A DNA stretch of 64,000 nucleotides from a virus (IMGVR_UViG_3300035182_002389:138519-202518), one strand, 5' to 3'; positions 16,709 to 26,046 are shown, numbered from the stretch's first letter. The notes: generated by a model not told the origin, from the letters alone. A program made the numbers and translations.

Positions 16709-17107
16709 ATGCACTGCAAAACCGCCGACGCTCAGCGCCTGTACATGCAGATCGCCATGACGCAAGCGGACGTGCGCGTGCTTAGTCGCATCGCGTACGA
16801 GACCAACGGCGAAGCGGGCCCCGTCGAGGCCTTCGCGCAGAAGCTCGTCGCCACGCGGTACGCCGGACTCCTTGCCCAGCGTGGAGAAGACGTCGCGCTC
16901 GATTTCTACGTCACGCCTTCGGAGCGCCAGGCGGTCGCGAAAGATGTCCGGGACATGGCCATCCAGAGCTACAAGGACGCCACGGGACTCAGTTCCATCG
17001 CTCGCGAGAGCGTGCGGAGCGGGCAAGAGCGCCTCGCCCGAGAGAAGCTCCGCCAGAACCCGCCCAAGCTGTCGCTGATCCTCGGCGGGAAGCCGAAAAC
17101 GCGATAG
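16709..17107 (+). CDS. Hypothetical protein (132 aa)
   Basis: Co-oriented, 2-nt gap, GC3 bias. Confidence 0.65.
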   Translation: MHCKTADAQRLYMQIAMTQADVRVLSRIAYETNGEAGPVEAFAQKLVATRYAGLLAQRGEDVALDFYVTPSERQAVAKDVRDMAIQSYKDATGLSSIARESVRSGQERLAREKLRQNPPKLSLILGGKPKTR

Positions 17108-17122
17108 GCTTCTGCTTGCACC

Positions 17123-17137
17123 GGCTTGTCGCAAGCC
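17123..17137. promoter_or_regulatory. Palindromic operator GGCTT-GTCGC-AAGCC
   Basis: Intergenic, 22 nt before ATG 17160. Confidence 0.75.
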
Positions 17138-17159
17138 AACCAGTAAAGGAAACCACACC

Positions 17160-17630
17160 ATGAACAAGGCTCTCCCGCTCCTCGTTGGCGGCGGCATCAT
17201 CCTCGCCGCCGTCCTGTTGTCCTCGAAGAAGGCCAGCGCCGCCACGACTGCGGGCGGTGGCGGCGGAGGGGGCGGCGCGCCTCCGCCCCCGAACAACGGC
17301 GGAGGCGGGGCCACGCCCTACAACGTCCCGCCGCAGCCCCAGCCGCAGCCGCAGCCTGCTCCGACGCCCGCCCCGAGGCCTACCAACGTGGCCAACACCC
17401 CGGGCAGCGCCAGCGGCATGTACTCCGCGACGCAGATCAAGTGCGTTCAGGCCTACCTGCTCGCCAACGGGTTCTACGCCGGCAAGACCATCGACGACAC
17501 GAACACCATCGTCGACGCTGCGGTTGGTCCGCAGACGGAAGCTGCCATCAAGGCCTTCCAGCTCGCGAACGGTCTCACGCCGACCGGCTTCATCAACGCC
17601 GACGTCATGAGCGCCACGGGCTGCCCGTAG
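17160..17630 (+). CDS. N-anchored protein with Gly/Pro-Gln linker and PG-binding domain
   Basis: LLVGGGIILAAVLLSSKK; CVQAYLLANGF..DAAVGPQTEAAIKAFQLANGLTPTG. Confidence 0.8.
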   Translation: MNKALPLLVGGGIILAAVLLSSKKASAATTAGGGGGGGGAPPPPNNGGGGATPYNVPPQPQPQPQPAPTPAPRPTNVANTPGSASGMYSATQIKCVQAYLLANGFYAGKTIDDTNTIVDAAVGPQTEAAIKAFQLANGLTPTGFINADVMSATGCP

Positions 17631-17636
17631 TCTCCG

Positions 17637-18635
17637 ATGGGGTCAGGGCCAAAAGACGATCGTGAGGAGGTGCCGGATACTTTGCCGGCACCGCCGCCCG
17701 ATCGCGCCCATGGTCCGGCCCCAAAGCCTTCTCGCGGAGCCAATACGAGGCCGTCCAGCCCCCACGCGATTCGCATCTCCGACCTCTTGCGCGAAGCTCG
17801 CCAAGAGGCCGGCCTTGCGGACCTGCCGCACGAGCCGCCCCGAGCGCCCGGCGGCCCTGAACGCGACATCAGGAGGCGCCTGCATATGCCCTACATCCTC
17901 CCCACCATCGTGAAGGACAACATTCGAGGCGTCGACGTCTCGAAGTGGAACGGGCGCATCGACTGGAAGCGCCTCTATCAAGAGGCGGGGCCTTCCACCG
18001 AATCGCGCATCTGCATGGTGTCCATCCGGTGCGGAGAAGCGGCGTGGGGCACGCCCGATGACGAATGGGAGAACAACTGGAAGGGCGCGCATGACGCGGG
18101 CTTCCAGTTCATCGACGCCTACCACGCGTTTCATCCGAGCGCGGACCCCATCGTCCAGGCCGATCTCTTCGCAGAGCGCCTCGATAAAATGGGAGGCGTC
18201 ACGCAGTTCGACTCCATCTCGAACGACTTCGAGGTCTTCGACATCCCTCGCCAGCAACATGCGCCTGCCGACGTCCACGACCGCGCGTGCCGATTCGCCG
18301 ATCGCGTCGAAGCGAACACGAAGCGCGTCTGCAAGACGTACACGGGGACCTACTTCTGGATCGACGTCGGAAATCCCGACGATGCCTCCCCGCTCGCTCG
18401 ACGCCCGCTGTGGCTCGCGGCCTATCCCAACGCTGCAACGCAAGCCGCGGCCGACGCTGTGCAAGCCCCCATCGTGCCTCGCGCGTGGCTCGCACAAGGA
18501 TGGATGTTCTGGCAGTGCATCGGCACCGACGCTGGCACACTTCCCGGGATTCCCGGCAAGGACGTCGACCGCGACGTCTTTCGGTCTTCTTCCATGACCG
18601 AGCTGGTCGACTGCTTCGCGTCCGCGAAGCTCTAG
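17637..18635 (+). CDS. GH25 muramidase (endolysin); true start may be ATG 17886
   Basis: GVDVSKWNGRIDW, YHAF, NDFE, YTGTYFW, LWLAAYP, WMFWQ, VDRDVF. Confidence 0.88.
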   Translation: MGSGPKDDREEVPDTLPAPPPDRAHGPAPKPSRGANTRPSSPHAIRISDLLREARQEAGLADLPHEPPRAPGGPERDIRRRLHMPYILPTIVKDNIRGVDVSKWNGRIDWKRLYQEAGPSTESRICMVSIRCGEAAWGTPDDEWENNWKGAHDAGFQFIDAYHAFHPSADPIVQADLFAERLDKMGGVTQFDSISNDFEVFDIPRQQHAPADVHDRACRFADRVEANTKRVCKTYTGTYFWIDVGNPDDASPLARRPLWLAAYPNAATQAAADAVQAPIVPRAWLAQGWMFWQCIGTDAGTLPGIPGKDVDRDVFRSSSMTELVDCFASAKL

Positions 18636-18642
18636 GAGCTGC

Positions 18643-19011
18643 ATGCCCTCGTCGAGCCCGTGGATGAAGGTCTTTCTCAGGCGCCTTGCCGATCGCGACG
18701 CAAGAGCCTCGTCCATCCACAGCGTCACCGGCGCGGACATGCACCGATGGTCCTTCGCTTCGTCGACCAAACGAGCCGACTTGCGGCAAGCCTGGGCCAC
18801 GTCCGAAGGCCGCGCTTTCATCCGAGAAGTCGAAGGTCCGCTGCGCGAGTACCTTGCGTGGCGCTATGAGAGACGCCGGTTGCGGCCCACGCAGGGAGAC
18901 GTCAAGAGGCTCGTTGAAGACGTTCTGCTCGAACAGCTCGACGCGTTCAAGGACCCCACACTCAACTTCCATCGCCTCGCCCGACTCATCGTCGACATCT
19001 ACGGAGAATGA
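18643..19011 (+). CDS. Hypothetical protein (122 aa)
   Basis: AGGAG upstream; coupled to next gene. Confidence 0.55.
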   Translation: MPSSSPWMKVFLRRLADRDARASSIHSVTGADMHRWSFASSTKRADLRQAWATSEGRAFIREVEGPLREYLAWRYERRRLRPTQGDVKRLVEDVLLEQLDAFKDPTLNFHRLARLIVDIYGE

Positions 19012-19256
19012 TCATGCGCGGCCCGTTCAAGATGTTCATGAAGCCGAAAGAGACCGCCGACGATCTCAAGGTCGGGCAGGTTCGCATCGTCACCGACGGC
19101 GCCCACTACGGCATGCCGTTCGTGATCAAAATGATCCGATCGGGCAGCAACGGAAAAAAGCAAGCGCTCATGAAGTCGTACTTCGACGGCGGCCCCACGG
19201 GATTCGTCGATCTCGAAGAGGTGCTTCGCTCCACGCGTCCGAGACACGATCACTGA
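19008..19256 (+). CDS. Hypothetical protein (82 aa)
   Basis: ATGA overlap; GGAG upstream. Confidence 0.6.
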   Translation: MIMRGPFKMFMKPKETADDLKVGQVRIVTDGAHYGMPFVIKMIRSGSNGKKQALMKSYFDGGPTGFVDLEEVLRSTRPRHDH

Positions 19257-19342
19257 TTTGGCACAAGAGAGTGAAGACTCTTTCATTTTCCACGTTCTGA
19301 CCGCACCATGAAGAAGGGGCAGAAAGGTCTGCGGAATCGCCC

Positions 19343-19831
19343 ATGAACATCCTCGCCTTTGCTGCCGATGGGGCTCCGTCCGTTGAAGCGGCGGCTGCCG
19401 AGCTGATCAAAACAGGCGTGCTTGGAGCCGTCCTCGTTCTCGTCGGCGCGTACGCGTTCTGGGTCACTCGACAGTCGAACCAAGCGCAGGCCGACCGAGT
19501 CGCCGATCAGCAGAAGGTCACCGACACGCTCCTCAAGTTCTCCACGTCCATGGGAGACGTCATGCGCGACCTCAAGGGCGCCATCGACAGCCTCAAGAAC
19601 GCCACAGACGAAGAGCGCAAGGCCATCGGGATCATCGACGCGGGCCTCACCGAGATCGGCCGAAACGTCGACAAGGCCGTCGATACTGCGGGCAAGGTCG
19701 CCGATCAGGTCAAGAACCTCGTCGACGATACGAAGAGGGCTCACGACGTGCATGCGGATGATAGTCGCCGCGCACACTCACAAATCCAAACCACCGTCGA
19801 CGATGTCCTTCGACGGCTGCCAAAAAGCTGA
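19343..19831 (+). CDS. Holin-like single-TM coiled-coil protein
   Basis: TGVLGAVLVLVGAYAFW helix then heptad-rich tail; downstream of endolysin. Confidence 0.5.
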   Translation: MNILAFAADGAPSVEAAAAELIKTGVLGAVLVLVGAYAFWVTRQSNQAQADRVADQQKVTDTLLKFSTSMGDVMRDLKGAIDSLKNATDEERKAIGIIDAGLTEIGRNVDKAVDTAGKVADQVKNLVDDTKRAHDVHADDSRRAHSQIQTTVDDVLRRLPKS

Positions 19832-19852
19832 TCTCGCGCGAGGGAGGCCATC

Positions 19853-20203
19853 ATGCGCTGGTTGCGTCTCATCCCTCTGCATCGACAGCAGCAGTCTGCT
19901 GACGATCTCGACGCTGCTCTCAAGAGCGTCGACTCCACGCAAGAGGTTTTCAACGAGCTGCGAGCCAAGCTCCAAGAAATCCAGCGAGATGTGCACGACG
20001 CTGCGCAGAGGGCGACGCCCACGCCAGAACCCTCCAAGGTTTCTGTTGCTCTCAAGACTCCCGCCCCGACCTACGTGAAGCCGACGATTCCAGGAGAGAA
20101 GACCGATGAGCGTGCCCAACGACCCGATGTCGCTCAAAATCGAGGAGACCCCGGCCGAGGAACGCCCGTCCCAGACCTCCGCCGAAAGGCAGGAGCGGCA
20201 TAA
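19853..20203 (+). CDS. Coiled-coil hypothetical protein overlapping next gene by 98 bp
   Basis: GGGAGG RBS; LDAALKSVDSTQEVFNELRAKLQEIQ. Confidence 0.55.
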   Translation: MRWLRLIPLHRQQQSADDLDAALKSVDSTQEVFNELRAKLQEIQRDVHDAAQRATPTPEPSKVSVALKTPAPTYVKPTIPGEKTDERAQRPDVAQNRGDPGRGTPVPDLRRKAGAA

Positions 20204-20651
20204 AGACCTCGTCGACAGCTTCGACAGGCTCGTCAAGCCGCTCGATCAGATCCTCGCACTCATGCAGGGGCACGCGACGGCCCAACGAAGGCTTTTTGCC
20301 ATCACCGCGAGCATCGCTCTGCTCGTCATCGTTGCGGCCGTCTATCAATTTCGCACCGCCCTGCGCATCAGCGCTCTCGAACAGCAGCTCGCCTCGCTCA
20401 GCAAAACCGGCGAAGAGACCAAGACTAAGGTCGCCGAAACCGAAAAAAAGCTCGACGAGGACAAACTGCGGGCCTTGCTCGCTCCCGAAGTCCGCGTTCG
20501 CCCGGGGTCCAACGGATCTCCGAACCAAGCCGTTCTCATCGTCAAGTCGGCCCCGAGCGCTCAGGCGTCCGCACAACCATCGTCTTCCTGGACGCCCGCC
20601 TCGCACGTCCCGCACGAATACGCCTTCGAGATCGGACAAGTCGAGCCCTGA
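20106..20651 (+). CDS. Single-TM coiled-coil protein (possible spanin-like lysis accessory)
   Basis: AGGAG RBS; TM LFAITASIALLVIVAAVY then ISALEQQLASL coiled coil. Confidence 0.55.
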   Translation: MSVPNDPMSLKIEETPAEERPSQTSAERQERHKDLVDSFDRLVKPLDQILALMQGHATAQRRLFAITASIALLVIVAAVYQFRTALRISALEQQLASLSKTGEETKTKVAETEKKLDEDKLRALLAPEVRVRPGSNGSPNQAVLIVKSAPSAQASAQPSSSWTPASHVPHEYAFEIGQVEP

Positions 20652-20661
20652 CCGTTCGACC

Positions 20662-20676
20662 GGCTTTTCATAAGCC
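20662..20676. promoter_or_regulatory. Palindromic operator GGCTT-TTCAT-AAGCC (extends to CCGGCTT..AAGCCGG)
   Basis: Intergenic upstream of 20767; TAGGAT at 20713-20718. Confidence 0.75.
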
Positions 20677-20766
20677 GGCGCCGCTTTGATCGCCTCGAAG
20701 GTCGGAAGCGGGTAGGATGGTCGCCATCCCGCTCTTCGCGGACAACCCAAAGCAGGAAACTTCACC

Positions 20767-21336
20767 ATGAAGAACTCGACCCTCCTTCTGCTCGGCGGTA
20801 CGGCCGCGATCGGCGGCTACCTCCTCTACACCAAGGTGTACAAGGCGACTCCGCCGGCAGCCGGTGCGCTCCCCGCAGGCGGCGCTCCCGTTTCCCTGGT
20901 CACCACCCCGCCCGCAAAGCCGCTGATGGCAACGGATCAGGCCGCGAAGTCGCGCACGATCTCGGGCGACGAGAAGACCGCGTGGTACGCCGCGCTCAAC
21001 AAGTATTATGCGATCTCGGGCGCCGACCTGGAGAAGCAGGCTGGCACCGTGAACGGTCCGATGACGGCCGTCAGCAACGTGGACCAGTCGCCCGCCGTCC
21101 TCATGACTGCGCCCGACGCGATCCCGGACAACATGACCCAGAACGTCGCCGGCAACGCCCTGAAGGCGCTCGTTCGCCAGGGCTTCACCGTCATGGTTCC
21201 CCTGGAGACGCAGGCCAAGTTCCTCGCCGGCACCTCCCTCAACGGCGCGCCCCTCTGGGTCGGCCGCAACAGCGGCATCTCCAACGGCATCAACGCCGGC
21301 ATGGCGATCCTTCTCACGCCGGAGCTGGACGCGTGA
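20767..21336 (+). CDS. N-anchored membrane protein, family with 22997
   Basis: LLLLGGTAAIGGYLLYTK; AWYAALNKYYAIS; C-terminal NAGMAILLTP. Confidence 0.8.
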   Translation: MKNSTLLLLGGTAAIGGYLLYTKVYKATPPAAGALPAGGAPVSLVTTPPAKPLMATDQAAKSRTISGDEKTAWYAALNKYYAISGADLEKQAGTVNGPMTAVSNVDQSPAVLMTAPDAIPDNMTQNVAGNALKALVRQGFTVMVPLETQAKFLAGTSLNGAPLWVGRNSGISNGINAGMAILLTPELDA

Positions 21337-21851
21337 ACCCCGTCCTCCTGCTCGCCCTCGGGATCGCGACCGCCGCGGCCGTCGTCGGCCTTGCAGGGGG
21401 AAAGAAGGCGAACTCTCAACCCGTCCCCGCGCCGCCGCCTCCCGCGCCCCCGACCGGCCCTCGAACCCTCACGGATTCGACAGGGCTTGCCGGCATGACC
21501 AAGGAAGCGGCGGCGCAGCTCTACACGTGGTTGCAGAACGACTACTCGATGGGCATGGGCACGCCCCTGCGTCTGGGAGGCTACGGACCGCTCGTTGCGA
21601 GCACGGTTAGCCACCAAGCCGGTCCAAAGGACCCGGCTCTCATGGGATCGACCAACGGGACTTGGTTTGTCGATCCGCAGTCGGGCTACTACACGTTCGT
21701 GCCGCCCGAGGTCGCTGCGGCCACGTCCAGCGCAGCGCTTCCGAGCCAGTTCTCCTACGTGAACGTGAAGCCCGAGTCGATCGCCGCGTTCCGTACGTCC
21801 AACCCCACGTGGGTGCTCGCGTTCTCGCCAGACACCACCGTCACGATCTGA
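21333..21851 (+). CDS. N-anchored membrane protein, Pro-rich linker
   Basis: GTGA overlap; VLLLALGIATAAAVVGLAGGKK. Confidence 0.75.
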   Translation: MNPVLLLALGIATAAAVVGLAGGKKANSQPVPAPPPPAPPTGPRTLTDSTGLAGMTKEAAAQLYTWLQNDYSMGMGTPLRLGGYGPLVASTVSHQAGPKDPALMGSTNGTWFVDPQSGYYTFVPPEVAAATSSAALPSQFSYVNVKPESIAAFRTSNPTWVLAFSPDTTVTI

Positions 21852-21858
21852 GGAGACG

Positions 21859-22974
21859 ATGCGCTGGAGCGATTTTGTCGCGCAGATGCGGGCTGGCAAC
21901 GTTCGAGGACAAGCTCTCGACGATGCCGGCCTCGCCGCCATGCTCGCTGGGAACGTTCCCGAATGGATGGCCGCTGCCCCGCGCATCCCGTGCCAAGTAT
22001 CGGCGTCCATCGACGGGCTCACGTACTACTGCGTCTACTACGTCAAGCAGAACTACCTCACCATCGGCGAAGATGACGATTGGGGCACCTTCCCGCTTTC
22101 GGAAGTGAACCTGCAAGCGTGGTGCGACAAGACCGGATGCTTCATCCCCCCGAAGAAGATCATCCGCGACACGTGGGACCGCACCGACTGCAAGATCGCG
22201 CCGCAGAACATCTATCGGCCACCGGCGGGGTATCCGGGACCACTCGACGCAGGCATCGAGCCCATTGCCGCCGAACAGCAGATGATCAACGAGGCGATGC
22301 AGCAAAAAGGCTGCTCCGTCAACTCGTTCTCGCGCGCGAAGAAGGCGTACATCACCGCGCCGAACATGGACGGCGGCAACCTCCACTTCACCGGCTGGTA
22401 CTCGGACGGCATCACAGGCTACAAGGCCGCCGACCCCGGCCTCGCCAACAGCAAGGGCGTCGTGCAGCCTCCGCGCACGCCGTACGGGCGCGCATGGCAG
22501 GACGGCGATGACGCCTCTCATCCGGCTCGCTACGCCGACTACTCGCACGGCTGCGACGTCGTGGGCCCGACCGTCAGCATCAACGATCAGGAGTACAGCT
22601 TCGCGGATGTGTGCGCGCATCCGAAGCTCCACGTGCTCGTCTCGGACCAAGGACCCTTCGTCCCTCGCTTTCCCAACGCGAACTTGAAGCCGCCGTCGCC
22701 TCCCGCGCCCATGCCCAACGCGCCCGAGACGCTCGCGAGCTTTGCAGGGCCCATCTACAAGACCAACAGCGCGGGAATCGCCGTTCTCTCCAAGGCAGGG
22801 CAGCCTCTTGTCCGCTACAGCGTGCCCAACGCTCCCGCGACCACGAACTCTTCAACCTCGCCCGCCTCTTCACCACGCGGTCTCTTGACCATTCTCGGTC
22901 TTGGAGCTGTCGCGATCGGGGCGTATTGGTACTGGAAAGAAAGCGTTCGGCGCCCTCGCCTGGTTCGCGCATAG
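21859..22974 (+). CDS. Membrane-anchored enzyme-like protein with HxxxYxDYSHGC motif, paralog of 57154
   Basis: GAGGAG RBS; MLAGNVPE, YLTIGEDDD, KKAYIT, HPARYADYSHGCD; C-terminal TM ILGLGAVAIGAYWYWK. Confidence 0.75.
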   Translation: MRWSDFVAQMRAGNVRGQALDDAGLAAMLAGNVPEWMAAAPRIPCQVSASIDGLTYYCVYYVKQNYLTIGEDDDWGTFPLSEVNLQAWCDKTGCFIPPKKIIRDTWDRTDCKIAPQNIYRPPAGYPGPLDAGIEPIAAEQQMINEAMQQKGCSVNSFSRAKKAYITAPNMDGGNLHFTGWYSDGITGYKAADPGLANSKGVVQPPRTPYGRAWQDGDDASHPARYADYSHGCDVVGPTVSINDQEYSFADVCAHPKLHVLVSDQGPFVPRFPNANLKPPSPPAPMPNAPETLASFAGPIYKTNSAGIAVLSKAGQPLVRYSVPNAPATTNSSTSPASSPRGLLTILGLGAVAIGAYWYWKESVRRPRLVRA

Positions 22975-22996
22975 ACCTCACCCCAAGGGAAACCTC

Positions 22997-23638
22997 ATGA
23001 AGACCTCGCACATGGTTCTGCTCGGACTCGGCGCTGCCGGCGTCGCGTACCTCGTCTACACGAAGACCAAGACCCCCGCTCCTACCACGGGCGCAACGCC
23101 GGGCACGCCGCCCGCACCAGGCACCACGCAGCTCACGACGGGCCCCGGCGTGCCCGCACCGACCCACGTCGTGTACAAGCCGACGCCCGTCGTTGCGACG
23201 CCGGGAAGCGTCCCTCTGACGCCCACGCCCGCGACGCCTGCCGCGCCGCGCACTGCCCCGACGCCCGACCAGGCCATGAACGATGCGGACTCCGCCGCGT
23301 TCCTCTCGAAGATGGCCTCATACTACGTCCCCAGCAGCGCCGACGACTTCACCTCGATGTCGGGGGCCTTCACCGCGGCGGCCGTCGACGGCACCACGGA
23401 CACGTCCAAGATCGGCGCAAACCTCGCGGCCGGCCTTCCGTACGTGTACGCGAGCGGGGTCATCGACGACGCCAAGAACGCCGGCAAGGCGCTCTACGTG
23501 TCGAAGAGCGATGCTCTGGCGATGGGCCCGAGCGTCGCTTTCCAGTTCGGCGACACCGGCGACATCGGAACCTTCCTGATCGACAACGCCGGCATGGCAA
23601 TCGTCTACCCGAAGATCGCCATCGCTCCACAAGCCTGA
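22997..23638 (+). CDS. N-anchored membrane protein with Pro/Thr stalk, family with 20767
   Basis: VLLGLGAAGVAYLVYTKTK; AFLSKMASYYVPS; NAGMAIVYP. Confidence 0.8.
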   Translation: MKTSHMVLLGLGAAGVAYLVYTKTKTPAPTTGATPGTPPAPGTTQLTTGPGVPAPTHVVYKPTPVVATPGSVPLTPTPATPAAPRTAPTPDQAMNDADSAAFLSKMASYYVPSSADDFTSMSGAFTAAAVDGTTDTSKIGANLAAGLPYVYASGVIDDAKNAGKALYVSKSDALAMGPSVAFQFGDTGDIGTFLIDNAGMAIVYPKIAIAPQA

Positions 23639-23658
23639 TCAGAAGTACCGTTCTTCGA

Positions 23659-23695
23659 GGGGCGCGCTTCTTCGGAGGCGCGCCCTTTCGTTTTA
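23659..23695 (+). terminator. Rho-independent terminator
   Basis: GGGGCGCGCTTC-TTCG-GAGGCGCGCCC followed by TTTCGTTTT. Confidence 0.85.
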
Positions 23696-23810
23696 TCCAT
23701 CAGATTCATCCATCAGCCAGACCCACAAAAAGTAGTGGGTTGCTCGTGGAGAACACTTGTCATGGAGTTCACTGCGAAGGAGACTCGACGACGGGGAAGG
23801 AACGGGAAAC

Positions 23811-24170
23811 ATGAAAGAGTTGACCAACACCGAGAGACTTTGCGCAACGCTGCTCTACTACTTCACGAGCGGCATGGAAGCGCAGCAGGTCATCGCCTCC
23901 GATCCGAAAGCGAAGAGCATCGGGGTCGAAGCGCCGACCGACCAGAACCTCGAAGAGATCCGACACAAGACTCCCATCGCCGTATGGGAAGCTGTGATGC
24001 CTGCCGCCGAAGACGTTGTCCGACGCATCGTCGAGACGGAGCCGCGCGACGCCGGCGTCGTCGCACGAGAAGCGCTCGGCGCCGTGCGCAAGATCCAGAA
24101 GAACGTCGAGTCCTTTCTCGGCTCGCGCTCCGTTCGCCCCATGAGCGAAACGACTCGTCGTAAGTCCTAG
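23811..24170 (+). CDS. Hypothetical protein (119 aa)
   Basis: Purine-rich RBS region before ATG 23811. Confidence 0.65.
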   Translation: MKELTNTERLCATLLYYFTSGMEAQQVIASDPKAKSIGVEAPTDQNLEEIRHKTPIAVWEAVMPAAEDVVRRIVETEPRDAGVVAREALGAVRKIQKNVESFLGSRSVRPMSETTRRKS

Positions 24171-24275
24171 CCGCCACTCTCGCGCAAGATGCGTGCGCGA
24201 TCGATTGAGGTGGTTATGGTCTTGACTCGGTCCGAGGCATGTGCGCCTCGATGACTGTATGAAGAGATTTGTCCC

Positions 24276-24770
24276 ATGGCCGTCAAGAAGATCGCGAAAG
24301 CCTCGGAGACTCTGACCATCCAGCTCCGCCGCCACCTCGAAATCGTGAACCGGATCACCCACGAGCACACCGCTTCGGTGATTCAGACCCTTCGAGACGA
24401 AAACGACTCTCTGCGCAGGCAGATCAAGGACGATCGAAGCGAGCAGAGCGAACGGCTGCGAAATAGGGATCGGGCCATGGAGAGCATGCTCCAGTCGCTT
24501 CTCCCCATGCTCCCCATCGTCATCTCGCGCTTCTCTGGACCCTCGAACGAGTCCGGCGTCCCGCACACGGTCGCTCAGCAGGCCGTCTTCGACGTCGCCA
24601 TCTTCAAGAGCTTCCTCGGCACCATCAACGAGGAGGAGTTCAACGTGCTCATCAACACCTTCGGCGGACGCCTCGCGGGCATCATGGATCTCGCGGCTCG
24701 ATACAAGCGCGAATACGAAGAAGCCCAGGGCTTCAAGAGCGACGCAAAGAAAGACCCGACCTCTCACTGA
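24276..24770 (+). CDS. Coiled-coil protein, paralog of C-terminal half of 24825
   Basis: LQSLLPMLPIV..FKSFLGTINEEEFNVLINTFGGRLAGIMDLAARYKREYE. Confidence 0.8.
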   Translation: MAVKKIAKASETLTIQLRRHLEIVNRITHEHTASVIQTLRDENDSLRRQIKDDRSEQSERLRNRDRAMESMLQSLLPMLPIVISRFSGPSNESGVPHTVAQQAVFDVAIFKSFLGTINEEEFNVLINTFGGRLAGIMDLAARYKREYEEAQGFKSDAKKDPTSH

Positions 24771-24824
24771 CTTGGCAGACGGGGCTGGGCGAGATTTCAA
24801 CGCGAAACATCAGGAGGACGGGGC

Positions 24825-25733
24825 ATGGTCAACAAGGCGGATCTCATCAAGTGGGTGCGCAAGGCAGTCGAGGTCGGCCGCAACGGAGTCGTCGCCAACG
24901 CCTTCAAGATCATCCACGCATCGGTCGGCAACTCCGGCACCGAGGTCGAGGAGTGGAGCAGGCCGTTCGGCGAGATCGGCGATCTTGCCCAGCAGATGAT
25001 CGACACGATCAACCGTGACTCCGAAGGCATGGAGGAGCACACGGTCACGTACCACATCCTCCCCTTCTTCGGAGAGTCGACCAAGCCGCTCGGCCGCTAC
25101 CCGGTCAAGATCGACAACATCAACTACAACGACCCGGAGACCAGCTCCCTTCTCCCCCAAGAAGGAGCGCACCCGAAGGGGCTGCTCGCCCAGAACCAGC
25201 GCCACCTCGAAGGGCTCTGGAAGCTCACGGCAGGCAGCATTCACGAGGCCATGCGTCGCCTCTCCGAAGAGAACGCGTCCTTGCGCGAGCAGGTCAAGAG
25301 CATGGGCGACATGCACCTCCAAATGGTGCAGATGCGAGAGGATCTCCTCGATCGCAAGCAGGAGCGCCAGATCAAGGCCGAGAGAGCTGCGTCTGCCGAG
25401 CACATGAAGACCATGCTCATCCAGCAGCTCCTGCCGTTCCTGCCCATCGTCGTGAACAAAATCCAAGGCAAACGAGTTCTGCCCGAAGCCATCCATCCCG
25501 ACGTCGAGCAGTTCAAGGTCTTCCTCAGCGGAATCAAGGAGGACGAGCTGGGCGTCCTCGTTCAGACCTTCGGCCCGCGTCTCGCTCCGCTCATGGATCT
25601 CGCCATCAAGTACAAGAAGGAATACGAAGACAAGGCCAAGGCCCACTCCGATCGCGCAAGCGAGCTGATGCCTTCCATGCCCGGACCGGGACCTCTTCCT
25701 GGCTTCCCTGCGCCTCGGGGCCTCGGGAGCTGA
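24825..25733 (+). CDS. Coiled-coil protein, paralog of 24276 with extra N-terminal domain
   Basis: AGGAGG RBS; IQQLLPFLPIV..FKVFLSGIKEDELGVLVQTFGPRLAPLMDLAIKYKKEYE. Confidence 0.8.
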   Translation: MVNKADLIKWVRKAVEVGRNGVVANAFKIIHASVGNSGTEVEEWSRPFGEIGDLAQQMIDTINRDSEGMEEHTVTYHILPFFGESTKPLGRYPVKIDNINYNDPETSSLLPQEGAHPKGLLAQNQRHLEGLWKLTAGSIHEAMRRLSEENASLREQVKSMGDMHLQMVQMREDLLDRKQERQIKAERAASAEHMKTMLIQQLLPFLPIVVNKIQGKRVLPEAIHPDVEQFKVFLSGIKEDELGVLVQTFGPRLAPLMDLAIKYKKEYEDKAKAHSDRASELMPSMPGPGPLPGFPAPRGLGS

Positions 25734-25757
25734 CAGATCGGCTACCATGAGGAGGCC

Positions 25758-25961
25758 ATGTCCAAGGTCACCTCGTACTACGCGCAGCGTCCCGCCCTCA
25801 CCCACCTCGTGAGGACCGGGGCGCTCGCCGATTTGGGCGATCAGGACCCTCTTGGGATTCCTCGCAGGTCCAACGGCGACGCGGTCGGACTGCTCGTCCT
25901 CACCACGGCGACCTCCATCGCGGGAGCTTTGCTCCTCTACCAGCTCACCCGCCACGACTGA
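25758..25961 (+). CDS. Small membrane protein with RPAL...TGA leader
   Basis: GAGGAGG RBS; TM GLLVLTTATSIAGALLLYQL. Confidence 0.75.
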   Translation: MSKVTSYYAQRPALTHLVRTGALADLGDQDPLGIPRRSNGDAVGLLVLTTATSIAGALLLYQLTRHD

Positions 25962-25968
25962 AATGTCC

Positions 25969-26018
25969 CGAATACAGCAGGTATTGCCCCGAATACCTCA
26001 GAACAGCGCCTCGAATAC
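25969..26018 (+). repeat. Three phased CGAATAC heptamers (25969, 25990, 26012)
   Basis: Direct repeats 21 and 22 bp apart in intergenic DNA. Confidence 0.7.
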
Positions 26019-26031
26019 CTTCCGACGCCCC

Positions 26032-26046
26032 GACTTTCGACAAGCC
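26032..26046. promoter_or_regulatory. Palindromic operator GACTT-TCGAC-AAGCC
   Basis: Intergenic upstream of the H1-like gene cluster. Confidence 0.75.
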
